Positions 62,012 to 64,000 of a stretch of 64,000 bases of DNA are shown piece after piece (within the stretch, counting starts at the first letter, position 1; each line of letters opens with the position of its first letter). The translations under genes were made by a program, and so were the position numbers. The stretch spans positions 1 through 64,000 of the forward strand of contig JAUCBJ010000933.1 in assembly GCA_032718475.1 (NCBI GenBank), written 5' to 3'. This DNA is from Nemertoderma westbladi. Taxonomy: Eukaryota; Animalia; Xenacoelomorpha. The notes under the pieces are model-generated. The model made no database searches, had not been told where the DNA came from, and worked only from the letters and a program-made list of their open reading frames with translations.

Positions 62012-64000
62012 TAGAGGTCATATCGTATGTTATGTTTCCCGATTATACGCATATACCTTACACCAGGAATAGGGTCTGTTTCTAATATATTATTTATCTG
62101 TATGAGGTATGTTGCGACAGTTACCAACCCTCGTTAATACCATCAGGATAACGAACCTTAGTTAAAAGCAAAGGGCCTGCCACCCATTAAATAGGTCATT
62201 TCATAAGCACGCGCAACTCAATAAATACTGTGGTTACCTTACAGCCATCCATCACGCTATTGTATACCGGCAGAATAACAGCCTGCCGCCACGTGCTGAG
62301 TACGGCCTCCCCTTGCCACGCGCCCTACTTCAGAAAACACAGCCATCATAGGGCAGCACATTCATTCTGCTGTGATCTTCCATTGACCACAATCGTAGGC
62401 TGTCAGAATAGAAGCCACTGCCTCATTTACAATGGCTTTCACCAATGCTAGTGGCGCCGCACCACCCCCATTAGAAAAAAATCCCACACATTGAACCAAT
62501 TCGTCTATTCTCTGTACTGATAGCGATAGGTAGGCCTAGGCCCAGGCACACATACAATATGTTGTAGCTGGCTTCCTTCCCTTCATTGTAAAGTAAACTG
62601 CATCCAAGCGGAATCCCTTAAATACGAGTTAGCCAGAGGGCTTTAGGTGATTGGTAACCTAGGCTCTAACTAGCGCCAGAAAAACGACAAGGCCATGTGA
62701 CCTGTTATAAAGGACCCATTAAAGCAAAGTCACAGTCACCAGGGAAGCCTTATAAATGAATCCTGCCCACAGCAGCCAGCCCTTCCCAGTGCCGGTGCCA
62801 CATATATACCGATGTGCTGTCTCCCCACCATATCATACAATGAACCCCTCCGGCTCAATTCATAGTAACTCATATCCACTTTGCAAATGAACTTTTCGTG
62901 TTAATCTGACGGTAGAATTACACAGATAATCAAGCAAACCGGAACCGAGCTCTTCTGATCGAAGCCCCCTCCATGCACGGATCTCGATATTCATATTACT
63001 GACAGTTCTGGAGGAAACACAACACTATATAGTTTCTGCTGGCTTCTTTACAAGGGCATCCGATACCATTAACATTGTCGCAGGAATCAGATTACATGCA
63101 TCATTGATATTAGAGCCTCTATCATCGTGCCGCTGATTGCCTTGACCAGTTATGGCCATCCGCACTGTAAACTGACACTGACCATCTTTCAGAATCGGTT
63201 AGATTGCCTATTTTTTTAATTAATGAAGTTAAATTTGGTAATTGACAAAGCAAGGTATGGCACACTTACACGGGCAGAGAAACCTTAGAATGAAAGCCTC
63301 AAAATAGAAATAAATCAAATAAAGTTGAGATAATTGCGTTACTTAGGGCTTGGCGAGCGGAAGCTAGCATGGTTCTCGTTTCGTTAATTATGCTCGGGAT
63401 ATTTTACAAGATTAGAGTTCCGGATGTCGGAATTTATATCCATTAGCTGTAGTATCCAATCCTTTTCGCATAAATCGTTAACAAGATAACTATCTAAGGA
63501 ACGGAATTTATATATGCTGTTTTTTGTAAAACGATAAGTAATCATAATACGAATTAATTATTCAACATCGACTACAAGCAGACCATTCGTCGTGTATTCG
63601 AATTATTCGATATATGATGTAGAAAATAAATTAAAACGAATTGACATTTTCTTGGTGGAGTAGCGTATTTATTTTTGCAGAAATGGAGTATATCTTTTTT
63701 AATGGCGAAAATAATGTATTTATGAATTCACAGTTATTAGTATTGATAAATATAATATCAACGATATACACCAATAACACAGTATGACGCATATACTTAC
63801 CGGTACCGGTACCTAATCCAATCGTATGTAAATCAACAAACTTAAACAGTTCATCAACAGAAACAAACGGTCCTTTCTTTTACGATGTTACTATTTAGTT
63901 GTTGAATAATTATGTTTCGTAAAAATTATAAAAATAACTATAGTACCTGTACTTTAAACTTATATTATAAATATTTAGTACTTAAATTATATTATTTTAC

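Overview
Repeat-rich animal (invertebrate-like) genomic DNA, not prokaryotic; there are no CRISPR arrays or rRNA genes. Three conserved host genes have single-exon coding sequences: LIN7 (4050-4691), ARFRP1 (50428-51033) and an L10K/C19orf53-like protein (52124-52378). They sit among two satellites (60-bp and 24-bp units), RTE-type and CR1/L2-like LINE remnants, tRNA-derived SINEs and many nested non-autonomous DNA transposons. The centrepiece is a young, unusually large (16.85 kb) BEL/Pao LTR retrotransposon (19938-36783) with 1210-bp near-identical LTRs and a CATCT TSD, inserted into a LINE that already carries a related solo LTR. This element lacks a canonical tRNA primer-binding site: the 12 nt after its 5' LTR are instead exactly complementary to a 12-mer inside its own LTR, which suggests Tf1-like self-priming in a BEL element. 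It also has a dense cluster of perfect 5' splice-site (U1-complementary) motifs in gag, a ~700-aa N-terminal extension split off by a ~1-kb insertion, and a 3-kb 3' region with duplicated, covarying RNA hairpins and a decayed extra ORF. All calls were made by eye without database searches.
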